Positions 11,230 to 21,367 of a stretch of 32,000 nt of DNA are shown piece after piece; the first letter of the stretch is position 1; each line of letters opens with the position of its first letter. The DNA is from Halalkalibacterium halodurans. Its GTDB lineage: Bacteria; Bacillota; Bacilli; Bacillales; Bacillaceae_D. The translations under genes were made by a program, and so were the position numbers. Under the pieces are notes generated by a model, which did no database searches, had not been told where the DNA came from, and worked only from the letters and a program-made list of their open reading frames with translations. The DNA lies in NCBI RefSeq assembly GCF_004376175.1, contig NZ_SNUY01000016.1:28678-60677 (forward strand), written 5' to 3'.

Positions 11230-12154
11230 AGACAGAGAGATCGATTTTGTTAAACATCGAAAAAAGTTCTTCCTCATCTCAGGGCTCTTCACGCTCATTG
11301 GGATCATCGTGCTGTTAACGTTCGGGCTGAATTTAGGGATCGATTTTGAAAGCGGCTCGCGAATTGAAGTACAAGGAGAGTCCACCTTAACGAGCGAAGA
11401 GGTACTGGCTGAATTTGAAGCGATCGGGTTTGAGCCTGATGACATCACACTCGCAGGGAACAACAATGAATTGGCATATGCTACCTTTAGTCGTGACTTG
11501 TCAGAAGACGAAATTGCAACCATTCAAAATCATTTCAATGATGCATATGGACTGATGCCAAACATAAGTACCGTGTCACCAACTGTCGGGAAAGAGCTGG
11601 CACGGAATGCGCTAATTTCCGTCCTCATTGCTTCGATTGGGATCATTATCTATGTCACGATTCGCTTTGAGCTATTGTATGGAGTTGCAGCAATTGTCGC
11701 CTTGTTCCATGACGCATTTTTTATCATTGCTGTCTTTAGCTTGTTGCAAATTGAGGTTAATGTTCCGTTCATTGCGGCGGTGTTAACGATCGTCGGGTAT
11801 TCGATCAATGATACGATCGTTACATTTGACCGGATTCGTGAAAATATGAAATATGCCAAGCGAGTCAAAGGCTTTGACGACTTAGCAGACATTGTCAATA
11901 AAAGCCTTGTACAAACATTGGCCCGTTCGATCAATACGGTCTTAACGGTTATGTTTGCTGCGGCTGCGATCTTTGTATTTGGTGGCGAGGCGATTCGTAG
12001 CTTTGCGTTTGCACTTCTGATCGGATTGGTTGCTGGAACGTATTCCTCCATGTTTTTAGCTTCTCAACTATGGTTAGTATGGAAATCGAAACAGCTAAAA
12101 AAGAAAAAGTTCCGTGCCAAACCAGTTCAACCTGAAGAAGAACCAACACCATAA
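11219..12154 (+). CDS. secF: Protein translocase subunit SecF
   Basis: The GTG at 11219 lies 10 nt after GAAGGAGAG; the GTG at 11210 is an alternative start. FDFVKHRKKFF and GIDFESG motifs and a 6-TM domain are present. It overlaps the secD stop by 11 nt. The genes are split here, whereas B. subtilis has a fused secDF. Confidence 0.9.
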   Translation: MNFKDREIDFVKHRKKFFLISGLFTLIGIIVLLTFGLNLGIDFESGSRIEVQGESTLTSEEVLAEFEAIGFEPDDITLAGNNNELAYATFSRDLSEDEIATIQNHFNDAYGLMPNISTVSPTVGKELARNALISVLIASIGIIIYVTIRFELLYGVAAIVALFHDAFFIIAVFSLLQIEVNVPFIAAVLTIVGYSINDTIVTFDRIRENMKYAKRVKGFDDLADIVNKSLVQTLARSINTVLTVMFAAAAIFVFGGEAIRSFAFALLIGLVAGTYSSMFLASQLWLVWKSKQLKKKKFRAKPVQPEEEPTP

Positions 12155-12160
12155 GCTTCT

Positions 12161-12198
12161 AGACATGACTGACAGGCTCGGTCATGTCTTTTCTTTTT
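12161..12198 (+). terminator. Rho-independent terminator of secDF
   Basis: 9-bp stem AGACATGAC / GTCATGTCT with an 11-nt loop, followed by TTTTCTTTTT. Confidence 0.75.
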
Positions 12199-12474
12199 GA
12201 AACTTTAACGTTATAAAGGTGTAACCCTCTTTGAATAAAAACGGAGATGGTTAGCTAAAGCAGCAATCGTCATTCATTTGCAAGCTCCCTGTCGCTCGTT
12301 TTTCAGCAGGCGCTTTCCTTTTTTTTATGAAATGGAAGAAGAGTTGCTAAATCACTGATAGAAACCATTCCATTTCGGGTATGATAAGAAGACAGTGGTC
12401 TTCACACGGATAAGAGTGTTTCATATCGTTAACTTGATAGAGGCTAGCAGTCAAAAACTGTAGGGAGTGATACA

Positions 12475-13377
12475 TTGAGAGAAGAAGAGGTTCGCTACCA
12501 AAAACTTCGATTTGCTGCATGGATAGGAATTGTCGCTAACCTTGGATTAGCTGCAATGAAAGCCATTGTCGGCGTGATCGCCAATAGTAAAGCGCTAATT
12601 GCTGATGCGGTCCACTCCGCCTCAGATGTGGTTAGCTCAGTCGTCGTTTTAATTGGGGTTCGTGCCGCAAAAATGCCGCCTGATAGAGATCATCCGTACG
12701 GCCATGGGAAAGCGGAATCAGTTGCTTCGATCATAGTGGCGGTCCTGCTTTTTATTGTTGGTTTTGAAATTGCTGTTTCAGCTTTTCAATCCTTTTTCGA
12801 ACCGGTTGAAGTCCCACGAACATTAGCGATTTATGCGGTACTCATCTCCATTTTCGTAAAGGAAGGATTGTTTCGTTATAAACACTATTTAGGTAAAAAA
12901 TTTAAAAGCGACGCGCTTGTGACCGACGCTTGGCACCACCGCTCCGATGTTCTTTCTTCATTTGCCGCTCTACTCGGGATCGGCGCCGCGATTCTTGGCG
13001 GCTATCTTCACATCCAGTGGCTCGTGTACGGTGATGCCGTGGCTAGTGCTGTCGTCGCTGTGCTAATTGGTAAAATGGCATGGGATCTTGGAAATCAAGC
13101 GATTCATAATACACTTGATCATGTGCTTCATGATGAAGATACTGTGGAAATGAGAGAAGCGGCAAAAAGTGTGGACGGGGTCATGAACCTTGATGCTTTT
13201 CATGCACGAGAGCATGGACATTATGTGATCATAAATATAAAAATTGCCGTCAACCCTCGCATGACCGTAGAGGACGGACATACGATCGCAAAAGCGGTGA
13301 AAGAACGGCTCATGTTAGAGCCAAATGTTCACGATGTGTTCGTGCATGTGAACCCTTATAACGGAAAGGACTCGTAG
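12475..13377 (+). CDS. Cation diffusion facilitator (CDF) family divalent-metal efflux transporter
   Basis: 300 aa with a TTG start after GGGAGTG. It has the CDF signatures ALIADAVHSASDV, HPYGHGKAE and DAWHHRSDV, plus a C-terminal cytoplasmic domain. Confidence 0.88.
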   Translation: MREEEVRYQKLRFAAWIGIVANLGLAAMKAIVGVIANSKALIADAVHSASDVVSSVVVLIGVRAAKMPPDRDHPYGHGKAESVASIIVAVLLFIVGFEIAVSAFQSFFEPVEVPRTLAIYAVLISIFVKEGLFRYKHYLGKKFKSDALVTDAWHHRSDVLSSFAALLGIGAAILGGYLHIQWLVYGDAVASAVVAVLIGKMAWDLGNQAIHNTLDHVLHDEDTVEMREAAKSVDGVMNLDAFHAREHGHYVIINIKIAVNPRMTVEDGHTIAKAVKERLMLEPNVHDVFVHVNPYNGKDS

Positions 13378-13386
13378 GAGGTTTAT

Positions 13387-13704
13387 ATGAAAGGACAGTG
13401 GGGATTAATTCTAGGACTCTTGGCAGCACTGATCATTGCCGTTTTTGCTGTCATTAATGTCGATCCGGTCCAGGTGAACTATTTGTTTGGGACAGCCGAA
13501 TGGCCGCTCATTTTAGTCATCTTAGGGTCTGTGCTCATGGGAAGTTTAATGGCAGGAGGCTTGTCGATCGTACGAATCTATCAGCTTCAGCACGAGGTGC
13601 GTCGTCTAAAAGGAACGGCTCGCACAAAGCAGCCTCAACAAACGGGCGCTGATCAACAAGAGAGAGACGACAAATGTCCCTCTACGGACTCTGATAAATC
13701 GTAA
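13387..13704 (+). CDS. LapA/DUF1049 family membrane protein (YrvD-like)
   Basis: 105 aa with two TM helices followed by a charged Q-rich tail. GGAGG SD upstream. It occupies the same position upstream of recJ as B. subtilis yrvD. Confidence 0.7.
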   Translation: MKGQWGLILGLLAALIIAVFAVINVDPVQVNYLFGTAEWPLILVILGSVLMGSLMAGGLSIVRIYQLQHEVRRLKGTARTKQPQQTGADQQERDDKCPSTDSDKS

Positions 13705-13714
13705 AAGAACATCA

Positions 13715-13743
13715 TTGTCACCCCTTAATCCCTCTAGTATAAT
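13715..13743 (+). promoter_or_regulatory. SigA-type promoter for recJ-apt
   Basis: TTGTCA (13715-13720), 17-nt spacer, TATAAT (13738-13743), ending 22 nt upstream of the ATG at 13766. Confidence 0.65.
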
Positions 13744-13765
13744 AGGATGGTCAAGGGGTGTTCAT

Positions 13766-16120
13766 ATGCTAGAATCGAAAGCAAGATGGAACGTAGCAGA
13801 GCAGCTGGACGAACGAATCCGTCCGCTGCTTGAACATTTACATATAGAACCGATCGTTGCCAAACTTTTAGTGATTCGCGGGATCGACACGGTAGAAGAA
13901 GCGAAGACTTTTTTACAAGTGGACGAGTCCCTCCTTCATGATCCGTATGAGCTTGATGGAATGGAACAAGTGGTTGCTCGGGTCAGGCAAGCGATCAAGG
14001 CCGAGGAAAAGATTTTGATTTACGGTGATTATGATGCGGATGGCGTTAGCTCCACGTCCGTGATGGTCTATACATTGCGTGAGCTTGGAGCCCAGTTTGA
14101 TTACTACATACCCAATCGGTTTACTGAAGGGTACGGTCCGAACGAAAACGCTCTCAGGTGGGCGAAGGAAGAAGGCTATCAACTAGTGATCACCGTTGAT
14201 ACCGGAATTGCAGCTGTTCATGAAGCAGAGGTTGCGAAAGAGATCGGACTAGATTTTATTGTGACGGATCATCATGAACCACCACCAGTGCTTCCAGATG
14301 CAGTGGCCATAATTAACCCGAAAAAGCCTGGCTGCTCTTACCCGTGCAAACACTTAGCTGGTGTTGGGGTCGCATTTAAACTAGCCCATGCCCTATTGGA
14401 ACGGGTCCCCTATGATTTGCTCGATCTTGTGGCCATTGGCACGATTGCCGACTTAGTTCCTCTAACAGATGAAAATCGCTGGTTAGCAAAAGAAGGATTA
14501 AAGGCGATCGAAACAACAACGAAGCCAGGAATTCAGGCGTTGAAAAAAGTTTGCGGTTTTCATGAAGATAACGTTCAGGCGGAGCATGTCGGCTTTGGCA
14601 TCGGTCCACGAATAAACGCCGCCGGACGCCTCGATTCGGCCAAACCGGCTGTTGAATTGTTGATCACCGATCAAGTAGAGACAGGGCAACAGCTAGCCGA
14701 ACAAATCGATTTACTGAATAAAGAGCGCCAAGCAATTGTTTCAGAGATTGCTGCTGAAGCAATTAATCTAGTAAAAGAATTATATCCACCAGAAGACAAT
14801 CACGTTCTCGTCGTCGGTGGACATGGTTGGAATCCTGGTGTCATTGGAATTGTTGCTTCCAGATTAGTGGAGACGTTTTACCGCCCGACGATCATATTAA
14901 GTTATGATGAAGAAAAAGGAATAGCCAAAGGGTCCGCGCGGAGCATTGAAGGGTTTGATATGTTTCATGAGCTATCTAAAAATCGCGAGCTGTTGCCTCA
15001 CTTTGGGGGACATCCAATGGCTGCGGGTTTGACGATGAGCCTTCAAGATGTAGACGAACTGAGAAAACGGATGAATGCTCAAGCACGGAAGGCGTTACGA
15101 CCGGAGGATTTTATACCGATCACACGCATTGATGTGCAAGCGTCGGTCGATGAGATCTCCGTTTCTACCATCGAAAAAATGAATGCTCTCGCACCTTATG
15201 GCGTTGGCAATCCAGAACCGAAAGTCATGTTAACTGATGTGAAGATCGAAGGGATGCGGAAAATTGGCGCAGCATCAAATCATTTAAAAGTGACGTTTCA
15301 ACAAAACGGCACAACCCTTGACGGGGTCGGCTTTCATTTAGGCCATTTATCCGATGAGATTTCGCCAACAGCTAGAGTTTCGGCCGTCGGAGTTTTGTCT
15401 ATTAATGAATGGAACGGTCACGTCAAGCCACAATTAATGATTGAAGATTTGGCGGTGAACGAATGGCAACTCTTCGACTGGCGCAGTGCACGGGTCGACA
15501 TATTGTCTGAGCGGATCATAGGCTTGCCAGAAGAGAAACGACTGCTTATAGCCTTCCGTGAGCAAACAGTACAGGCGTTAGGTTTAGCCTCGTTTAACGT
15601 GTTCGATGGAAATGACCTAGCAAATATCCCTAGCATGGAAAATCGGTACGTTGTTTTACTCGATCCCCCGGTGGAATCAAATCAGCTTTCCGCCCTTTTT
15701 GTTGAAGGAGGATGTCCAAGTCGGATTTATTCGATCTTCTATCAAGAGGAAGATTCGTATTTTTCAACGAATCCGACGCGAGAGCATTTTCGCTGGTTTT
15801 ATGGCTTTTTAATGAAGCAAAAACAGTTTAATCTTCATACCCATGGAAAAAGGCTTGCCTATACCCGTGGTTGGACGGAAGAAACGATCTCATTCATGGC
15901 CAAGGTGTTTTTCGAACTAGGTTTTGTTACAATAAAAGATGGGGTGATCACGCTTGTGGAGGCACCCGAAAAAAAAGGCTTGGATCAATCGCGAACATTT
16001 CGAATGAAACAAGAACAAGCAACGATTGAACAGCAATTTGTTTATTCGTCCTATGAAGAGTTAAAGCAATGGTTCACTCGAGCGATTCAAGAACGTAAGA
16101 TCAAGGAGACGATTCAGTGA
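13766..16120 (+). CDS. recJ: Single-stranded-DNA-specific exonuclease RecJ
   Basis: 784 aa from [10 protein letters not shown]. It has the DHH motifs ([21 protein letters not shown]) and the DHHA1 motif GGHPMAAG. The 17-codon upstream extension in the track ORF overlaps the promoter and was rejected. Confidence 0.93.
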   Translation: MLESKARWNVAEQLDERIRPLLEHLHIEPIVAKLLVIRGIDTVEEAKTFLQVDESLLHDPYELDGMEQVVARVRQAIKAEEKILIYGDYDADGVSSTSVMVYTLRELGAQFDYYIPNRFTEGYGPNENALRWAKEEGYQLVITVDTGIAAVHEAEVAKEIGLDFIVTDHHEPPPVLPDAVAIINPKKPGCSYPCKHLAGVGVAFKLAHALLERVPYDLLDLVAIGTIADLVPLTDENRWLAKEGLKAIETTTKPGIQALKKVCGFHEDNVQAEHVGFGIGPRINAAGRLDSAKPAVELLITDQVETGQQLAEQIDLLNKERQAIVSEIAAEAINLVKELYPPEDNHVLVVGGHGWNPGVIGIVASRLVETFYRPTIILSYDEEKGIAKGSARSIEGFDMFHELSKNRELLPHFGGHPMAAGLTMSLQDVDELRKRMNAQARKALRPEDFIPITRIDVQASVDEISVSTIEKMNALAPYGVGNPEPKVMLTDVKIEGMRKIGAASNHLKVTFQQNGTTLDGVGFHLGHLSDEISPTARVSAVGVLSINEWNGHVKPQLMIEDLAVNEWQLFDWRSARVDILSERIIGLPEEKRLLIAFREQTVQALGLASFNVFDGNDLANIPSMENRYVVLLDPPVESNQLSALFVEGGCPSRIYSIFYQEEDSYFSTNPTREHFRWFYGFLMKQKQFNLHTHGKRLAYTRGWTEETISFMAKVFFELGFVTIKDGVITLVEAPEKKGLDQSRTFRMKQEQATIEQQFVYSSYEELKQWFTRAIQERKIKETIQ

Positions 16121-16635
16121 TGGATTTTAAACAGCATATTACAATTGTAGAAAACTTTCCAAAAGAAGGCATTCGATTCAAAGATATTACAACATTGATG
16201 CAAAACGGCGAAGTGTACAAGCGAGCAATTGACGAAATGGCACGATTTGCAAAGGAAAAGGAAGTGGATCTGGTCGTTGGACCCGAAGCTCGAGGATTTG
16301 TGGTTGGCTGTCCAATTGCCTATGCGATTGGCAAAGGGTTTGTTCCTGTAAGAAAGGCTGGAAAATTGCCGCGCGAAGTCATTTCTGTGGATTACGGACT
16401 AGAGTACGGAAAGGATCGTTTAACGATTCATCGAGATGCCATTCAGAAAGGTCAACGCGTGTTAATTGCCGATGATTTGCTTGCAACCGGCGGGACGATC
16501 GAGGCGACCGTTCAAATGGTAGAGCAACTTGGCGGTGAAGTTGTCGGGATTGCGTTCATGATAGAGCTTGGTTATTTAAATGGCCGTGATAAATTGGAAA
16601 CGTACGATGTGTTCTCACTTACAACATATGAATAA
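16120..16635 (+). CDS. apt: Adenine phosphoribosyltransferase
   Basis: [27 protein letters not shown] plus the PRPP-binding loop [13 protein letters not shown]. The start overlaps the recJ stop (GTGATGG). The GTG at 16117 is an alternative start. Confidence 0.95.
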   Translation: MDFKQHITIVENFPKEGIRFKDITTLMQNGEVYKRAIDEMARFAKEKEVDLVVGPEARGFVVGCPIAYAIGKGFVPVRKAGKLPREVISVDYGLEYGKDRLTIHRDAIQKGQRVLIADDLLATGGTIEATVQMVEQLGGEVVGIAFMIELGYLNGRDKLETYDVFSLTTYE

Positions 16636-16643
16636 TGAACACC

Positions 16644-16670
16644 AAGCATCTGCCTAGCAGGTGCTTTTTT
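16644..16670 (+). terminator. Rho-independent terminator of recJ-apt
   Basis: Stem AAGCATCTG / CAGGTGCTT (one G-U pair) followed by a TTTTTT run. Confidence 0.75.
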
Positions 16671-16836
16671 AAAACATTTGCAATGATAGAAGTGAATCTT
16701 TACTGTTGCCCAGTTTTCTCTTGATGCATGCTTATTTTAGAACGAGTGAACTAGCTATACGGATAAGAATCATGACGATTAGCAAATATGTGGAAACATT
16801 GTATCGATTTTGTTCGACAAAATTTATAGCTTTTCC

Positions 16837-16865
16837 TTTACATACGCTTCAATCTTAACGATAAT
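16837..16865 (+). promoter_or_regulatory. Candidate SigA promoter for relA
   Basis: TTTACA (16837-16842), 17-nt spacer, GATAAT (16860-16865). The region is AT-rich, so a chance match is possible. Confidence 0.4.
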
Positions 16866-16954
16866 AGAAGGTATTATAATAAAATGTAACAGTCGATCGT
16901 GTCACATGCTGACCATCGTTGATCGTCCTTAGGCGCTGTTCAAGAAATGGGTAG

Positions 16955-19141
16955 ATGGGTGATTTCATGACCATAGATCAAGTCCTGGAAAAGGCAAGTC
17001 GCTATTTAGATGAGCATCATATTGAGTTTTTGCAGCGAGCGTATGAGTTTGCGGAGAAAGCCCACGCTGGCCAATATCGGAAATCAGGGGAACCGTATAT
17101 TTTACACCCTGTTCAAGTGGCTGGCATTATCGTTGATCTTGAGCTTGATCCAAACACGGTTGCTGCCGCCTTCCTCCATGATGTCGTTGAAGATACGGAT
17201 GTAACGGTGGAGGCGTTAGAAAAAGAATTTAACGAGCAGGTCGCCATGCTCGTTGACGGTGTGACAAAACTGAAAAAAATCAAATACAAATCAAAGGAAG
17301 AACAACAAGCGGAAAATCACCGGAAAATGCTTGTGGCTATGGCGAAAGACATTCGCGTCATTTTAATTAAGCTTGCGGATCGCCTTCATAACATGCGTAC
17401 GTTACGCTACATGCCCCCTGAAAAACAGCGGATCACTTCGAACGAGACGCTGGAAATTTTCGCGCCTTTAGCACATCGCTTAGGGATTTCGACGATTAAA
17501 TGGGAGCTTGAGGATATCGCGTTACGTTATTTGGATCCACAACAGTACTACCGAATTGTGAATCTCATGAAGAAAAAGCGTGCGGAGCGAGAAGAGTACA
17601 TTGAAGATGTCATTGACAAGATCCGTAAACAATTGCAAGACATTAAAGTGGAGGCGGAAATTTCAGGTCGACCAAAACATATCTATAGCATCTACCGAAA
17701 AATGGTGCTACAAAACAAGCAGTTTAACGAAATTTATGACTTATTAGCTGTCAGAATTATCGTTAAAAATATTAAAGATTGTTACGCAGGTCTCGGGGTT
17801 ATTCATACATGTTGGAAACCGATGCCTGGTCGGTTTAAAGATTACATTGCTATGCCGAAAGCAAACATGTACCAATCACTGCATACGACCGTTGTTGGCC
17901 CAAATGGGGATCCATTGGAAGTACAAATCCGTACAGAGGAAATGCACCGAGTGGCTGAGTACGGGGTGGCGGCTCATTGGGCGTACAAAGAAGGTAAAAC
18001 TTTGGCTAACCCGATGGAGGACAAGTTAACATGGTTCAGGGAAATTCTTGAATGGCAAAACGATACGAACGATGCTCAAGAATTTATGGAATCGTTAAAG
18101 ATGGACTTGTTCTCGGACATGGTATTTGTCTTTACTCCGAAAGGGGACGTCATCGAATTACCGAGGGGCTCTGTACCACTTGATTTTGCTTATCGTATTC
18201 ATACAGAAATTGGCAATCGGTGTATTGGAGCAAAAGTAAACGGGAAAATGGTTCCTTTAGATCACCAGTTAAAAACGGGTGACATTGTGGAAGTTCTGAC
18301 GTCGAAGCATTCATATGGGCCGAGTCAAGACTGGTTGAAAATTACGCAATCATCCCATGCCAAAAATAAAATTAAGCAATGGTTTAAAAAGGAACGGCGG
18401 GAAGAAAACATTGCGAAGGGTCGAGAATCAGTAGAAAAAGAAATTCGTATCCTAGACTTTGATCCGAAAGAAGTGTTAACACAGGAAAACATCCAGGCGG
18501 TGGCAAACAAGTTTAGCTTTGCAGGTGAAGAGGATATGTTTGCAGCGGCTGGTTATGGCGGTATTAGCCCGAAGCAAATCGCTAATCGCTTAACGGAAAA
18601 GCTGCGCAAACAACAGGATAAAGAAGAAGAACAATCGTTAGCAGAAGCGTTGTCCGAAGTGCAGAGCGTCGCACCGAAGAAAAAGACAACGATCGGTGTG
18701 CGGGTAAAAGGGGTCGACAATTTGTTGATCCGTTTATCACGCTGTTGCAACCCTGTTCCGGGAGACGAAATCGTCGGTTATATTACGAAGGGGAGAGGGG
18801 TATCGATCCACCGCCAAGACTGTCCGAACATTAACACTGAAGAAGCTAAAACACGACTTCTCCCAGTTGAGTGGGAAGGAGATAAAGAATCAAATAAAAA
18901 TTACAATGTGGATATTGAGATTACAGGATTTGATCGGAATGGCTTATTGAACGAAGTCCTTCAGGCGGTGACGGAAAGCAAAACACTGATCAATGCTGTC
19001 TCAGGTCGTTCGGATCATCGAAATCGGGTGGCGACGATTCATATGACGATCTCTATTCACAACATCGACCACCTTCATAAAGTGGTTGAGAAAATTAAGC
19101 AGCTGAAGGACATTTATTCGGTCCGACGAGTGATGAATTAG
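16955..19141 (+). CDS. relA: Bifunctional (p)ppGpp synthetase/hydrolase RelA/SpoT homologue (Rel)
   Basis: 728 aa with an HD hydrolase domain (HPVQVA...HDVVEDT), a synthetase domain (YRSLHTTV-like [16 protein letters not shown]), and TGS and ACT domains. The true start may be the ATG at 16967 (MTIDQV...). Confidence 0.95.
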   Translation: MGDFMTIDQVLEKASRYLDEHHIEFLQRAYEFAEKAHAGQYRKSGEPYILHPVQVAGIIVDLELDPNTVAAAFLHDVVEDTDVTVEALEKEFNEQVAMLVDGVTKLKKIKYKSKEEQQAENHRKMLVAMAKDIRVILIKLADRLHNMRTLRYMPPEKQRITSNETLEIFAPLAHRLGISTIKWELEDIALRYLDPQQYYRIVNLMKKKRAEREEYIEDVIDKIRKQLQDIKVEAEISGRPKHIYSIYRKMVLQNKQFNEIYDLLAVRIIVKNIKDCYAGLGVIHTCWKPMPGRFKDYIAMPKANMYQSLHTTVVGPNGDPLEVQIRTEEMHRVAEYGVAAHWAYKEGKTLANPMEDKLTWFREILEWQNDTNDAQEFMESLKMDLFSDMVFVFTPKGDVIELPRGSVPLDFAYRIHTEIGNRCIGAKVNGKMVPLDHQLKTGDIVEVLTSKHSYGPSQDWLKITQSSHAKNKIKQWFKKERREENIAKGRESVEKEIRILDFDPKEVLTQENIQAVANKFSFAGEEDMFAAAGYGGISPKQIANRLTEKLRKQQDKEEEQSLAEALSEVQSVAPKKKTTIGVRVKGVDNLLIRLSRCCNPVPGDEIVGYITKGRGVSIHRQDCPNINTEEAKTRLLPVEWEGDKESNKNYNVDIEITGFDRNGLLNEVLQAVTESKTLINAVSGRSDHRNRVATIHMTISIHNIDHLHKVVEKIKQLKDIYSVRRVMN

Positions 19142-19169
19142 AACGTTGGTTTTGTAGGAGTGACTAGTA

Positions 19170-19610
19170 ATGAAAGTTGTGTTGCAACGAGCAAAACAGG
19201 CACAGGTAACAGTGGAAGGGGAAACTGTTGGTGCCATTGACCATGGCCTTGTTCTCCTCATTGGTATTACCCATGGGGATACAGAGGAAGACGCTCGCTA
19301 CCTTGCGGAGAAAATTGCTCATTTGCGTATTTTTGAAGATGAGGGCGGGAAAATGAATCAATCGGTAAAAGATGTAGGTGGCGCCATATTGTCCATTTCC
19401 CAATTTACCCTTTATGGCGACTGTAGAAAAGGGAGACGTCCGAACTTTATGGAGGCGGCAAAACCGGAACATGCAGAACCGCTTTACGAGACGCTTAACA
19501 GCCATTTAGAGCAATTAGGCCTTCACGTGGAGACTGGCCGGTTTGGCGCCATGATGGACGTCCAGTTGATTAACGATGGACCTGTTACCTTACTTGTAGA
19601 AAGTAAATAG
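19170..19610 (+). CDS. dtd: D-aminoacyl-tRNA deacylase
   Basis: 146 aa, [18 protein letters not shown]...SQFTLYGD...NDGPVT, the canonical Dtd motifs. Conserved relA-dtd pairing. Confidence 0.95.
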   Translation: MKVVLQRAKQAQVTVEGETVGAIDHGLVLLIGITHGDTEEDARYLAEKIAHLRIFEDEGGKMNQSVKDVGGAILSISQFTLYGDCRKGRRPNFMEAAKPEHAEPLYETLNSHLEQLGLHVETGRFGAMMDVQLINDGPVTLLVESK

Positions 19611-19616
19611 AGAAGG

Positions 19617-19650
19617 AAAGATCTGACTACATTCGGTCGGATCTTTTTTT
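19617..19650 (+). terminator. Rho-independent terminator of relA-dtd
   Basis: 11-bp stem AAAGATCTGAC / GTCGGATCTTT (one G-U pair) with an 8-nt loop. It runs into a T7 tract. Confidence 0.85.
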
Positions 19651-19793
19651 CACTTTAAGGTTCTCGCTACCGCATTTGACGACAACTGAATGCGAGTGGA
19701 CTTCCCGACTGTCAACAGGAGCATTTCTCCTATCTCCAATGATGACAGCAAGACGATTAATATGTTAAATTTTTTGATTTTTAACAAAAAAAT

Positions 19794-19823
19794 ATTGACT
19801 GACCGTTATGTATACGCTTACAA
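19794..19823 (+). promoter_or_regulatory. SigA-type promoter of the sugar ABC/oxidoreductase operon
   Basis: TTGACT (19794-19799), 18-nt spacer, TACAAT (19818-19823). It lies about 118 nt upstream of the binding-protein start codon. Confidence 0.55.
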
Positions 19824-19841
19824 TTGTTTTGAGCAAATATA

Positions 19842-19855
19842 TGAGAACGATTCCA
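19842..19855 (+). promoter_or_regulatory. cre-like / LacI-family operator candidate
   Basis: TGAGAACGATTCCA matches the cre consensus TGNAANCGNWNNCA at all but one position. It lies about 19 nt downstream of the -10 box, a plausible roadblock position. Confidence 0.3.
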
Positions 19856-19940
19856 TAGGTGCTCAGAAAGAGGTGATCATGCGATAAATTTGAGTTATGT
19901 CCGTCTTGATGTGAAATCGATTCCATATGGGGGGATAAGC

Positions 19941-21263
19941 GTGAAAAAATTAAAAAAACGTTTTGTGCTAGGAACAGCAACTCTTGTCATGTCAGTAATG
20001 CTCGCAGCTTGCGGAGGTTCTGATCCAACGGATGAACCAGCAGAACCAACGGAGCCAGGTGATGAAACAGAAGAGGAAGCAACAGCCGATGATGAAGTTG
20101 TCACGATCACCTATGCGAGAGGCTATGATCAAACAGGTGGTAACGAGAAACTGATTGAAGCCTTTATGGAAAAGCACCCAAATATTAAAGTGGAGTTTCA
20201 AGAAATGCCTGCTGATACAGGCGCACAGCACTCGGCTTATGTGACAGCGTTCAGCGCACAAAGCTCAGAAATTGACGTGTTCGACGTCGACGTCATATGG
20301 CCTGCCGAATTTGCCCAAGCCAACTATGCTTTAGAATTAGACCGTTTTATTGAACGGGACGGAATTGATATGAATCAATACTTCCCAGGGACGGTACAGG
20401 CAGGGAATGTAGGAGGCATTCAATATGCGATGCCGAAATTTACAGATGCTGGTTTGCTCTATTATCGAAGCGACATCGTTGAAACACCACCATCAACGTG
20501 GGATGAGTTGCTTGAAATGGCAGAAGATTTACAAGGAGAAGAAGGCACTAAGTTTGGGTACTTAATGCAGGCGGCGCAATATGAAGGGATGGTCGTCAAT
20601 GCGACCGAATTTATCGCAGCATATGGCGGTGCTGTCATTGATGAAAATGGTGAGGTTGTCATTAATTCACCAGAAGCGATTAAAGGTTTAGAGAAAATGA
20701 AAGAAATTGTTCAATCAGATGTTGTTCCAAGTGACATAACGAACTTTATGGAGACAGAGACGGCCAACTCCTTTATCCAAGGAAATGCAGTGTTTGCCCG
20801 CAACTGGCCATATATGCAAGCGCTTTCGGATGGCGATGAATCAAACGTTTCGGGAAATGTTGAATTCTCTCTCCTTCCAGCAGGAGATGCAGGAAATGCC
20901 GCTGGCCTTGGTGGCTGGATGGTGATGATTAATCGCTATTCTGAAAATGTTGATGCAGCGTGGGAGCTTGTGAAGTTTATGACTGGTCCTGAAGGGCAAA
21001 AAATTACGGCCATTCACGGAGGAAACGCGCCAACAATCGAAGCCCTTTACTCTGATGATGAGGTGCTTGAAGCTTCGCCACTATTTGCCAACGAGGAATT
21101 TGTGGAAACGTTGAAAAATGCCGTTCCGCGCCCAGTTTCACCGATTTACCCTGAAATCTCTGACATTATGCAAGTAGAAATTTCGAAGCTACTCGCAGGT
21201 GAACTTACAGCAGAGGAAGCCGTTCAAAACATGGAAGAAAAAATGAACGCAGCGATTAATTAA
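19941..21263 (+). CDS. ABC transporter sugar-binding lipoprotein (solute-binding protein family 1)
   Basis: GTG start giving VKKLKKRFVLGTATLVMSVMLAAC. The lipobox LAAC-GG is followed by a very acidic linker (DPTDEPAEPTEPGDETEEEATADDE) and then a family 1 SBP fold. The upstream 17 codons of the track ORF have no signal-peptide logic. Confidence 0.85.
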   Translation: MKKLKKRFVLGTATLVMSVMLAACGGSDPTDEPAEPTEPGDETEEEATADDEVVTITYARGYDQTGGNEKLIEAFMEKHPNIKVEFQEMPADTGAQHSAYVTAFSAQSSEIDVFDVDVIWPAEFAQANYALELDRFIERDGIDMNQYFPGTVQAGNVGGIQYAMPKFTDAGLLYYRSDIVETPPSTWDELLEMAEDLQGEEGTKFGYLMQAAQYEGMVVNATEFIAAYGGAVIDENGEVVINSPEAIKGLEKMKEIVQSDVVPSDITNFMETETANSFIQGNAVFARNWPYMQALSDGDESNVSGNVEFSLLPAGDAGNAAGLGGWMVMINRYSENVDAAWELVKFMTGPEGQKITAIHGGNAPTIEALYSDDEVLEASPLFANEEFVETLKNAVPRPVSPIYPEISDIMQVEISKLLAGELTAEEAVQNMEEKMNAAIN

Positions 21264-21273
21264 TTCCGTACAA

Positions 21274-21331
21274 GATCAAAAAGATTTCTCTTTTTGATCA
21301 TCCTTAAGGGAGGAGGCTAGCTCTCCTCCCT
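21274..21331 (+). promoter_or_regulatory. Two tandem intercistronic hairpins after the binding-protein gene
   Basis: Hairpin 1 is GATCAAAAAG / CTTTTTGATC, a perfect 10 bp with a 6-nt loop (21274-21299). Hairpin 2 is AGGGAGGAGG / TCTCCTCCCT, 9 bp plus one G-U with a 5-nt loop (21307-21331). There is no immediately adjacent T-tract. Confidence 0.6.
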
Positions 21332-21367
21332 ACAATCAATCATTTTTTCGAATAGAGGGTGGTGCTG

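Noticed and set aside
13715-13765. TTG-initiated 17-codon N-terminal extension of recJ given by the ORF track
   Set aside because: The extension coincides with a TTGTCA-17-TATAAT promoter. The ATG at 13766 has an SD and gives an N-terminus of canonical RecJ length.
16782-16868. 28-codon ORF in the long AT-rich gap upstream of relA
   Set aside because: It has no convincing SD, overlaps the candidate relA promoter, and its composition is consistent with a chance ORF in AT-rich DNA.
19690-19980. 65-aa plus-strand and 71-aa minus-strand ORFs in the dtd/SBP intergenic region
   Set aside because: This is AT-rich promoter and leader DNA. The ORFs have no SD, and they overlap the predicted promoter and the lipoprotein signal-peptide coding region.
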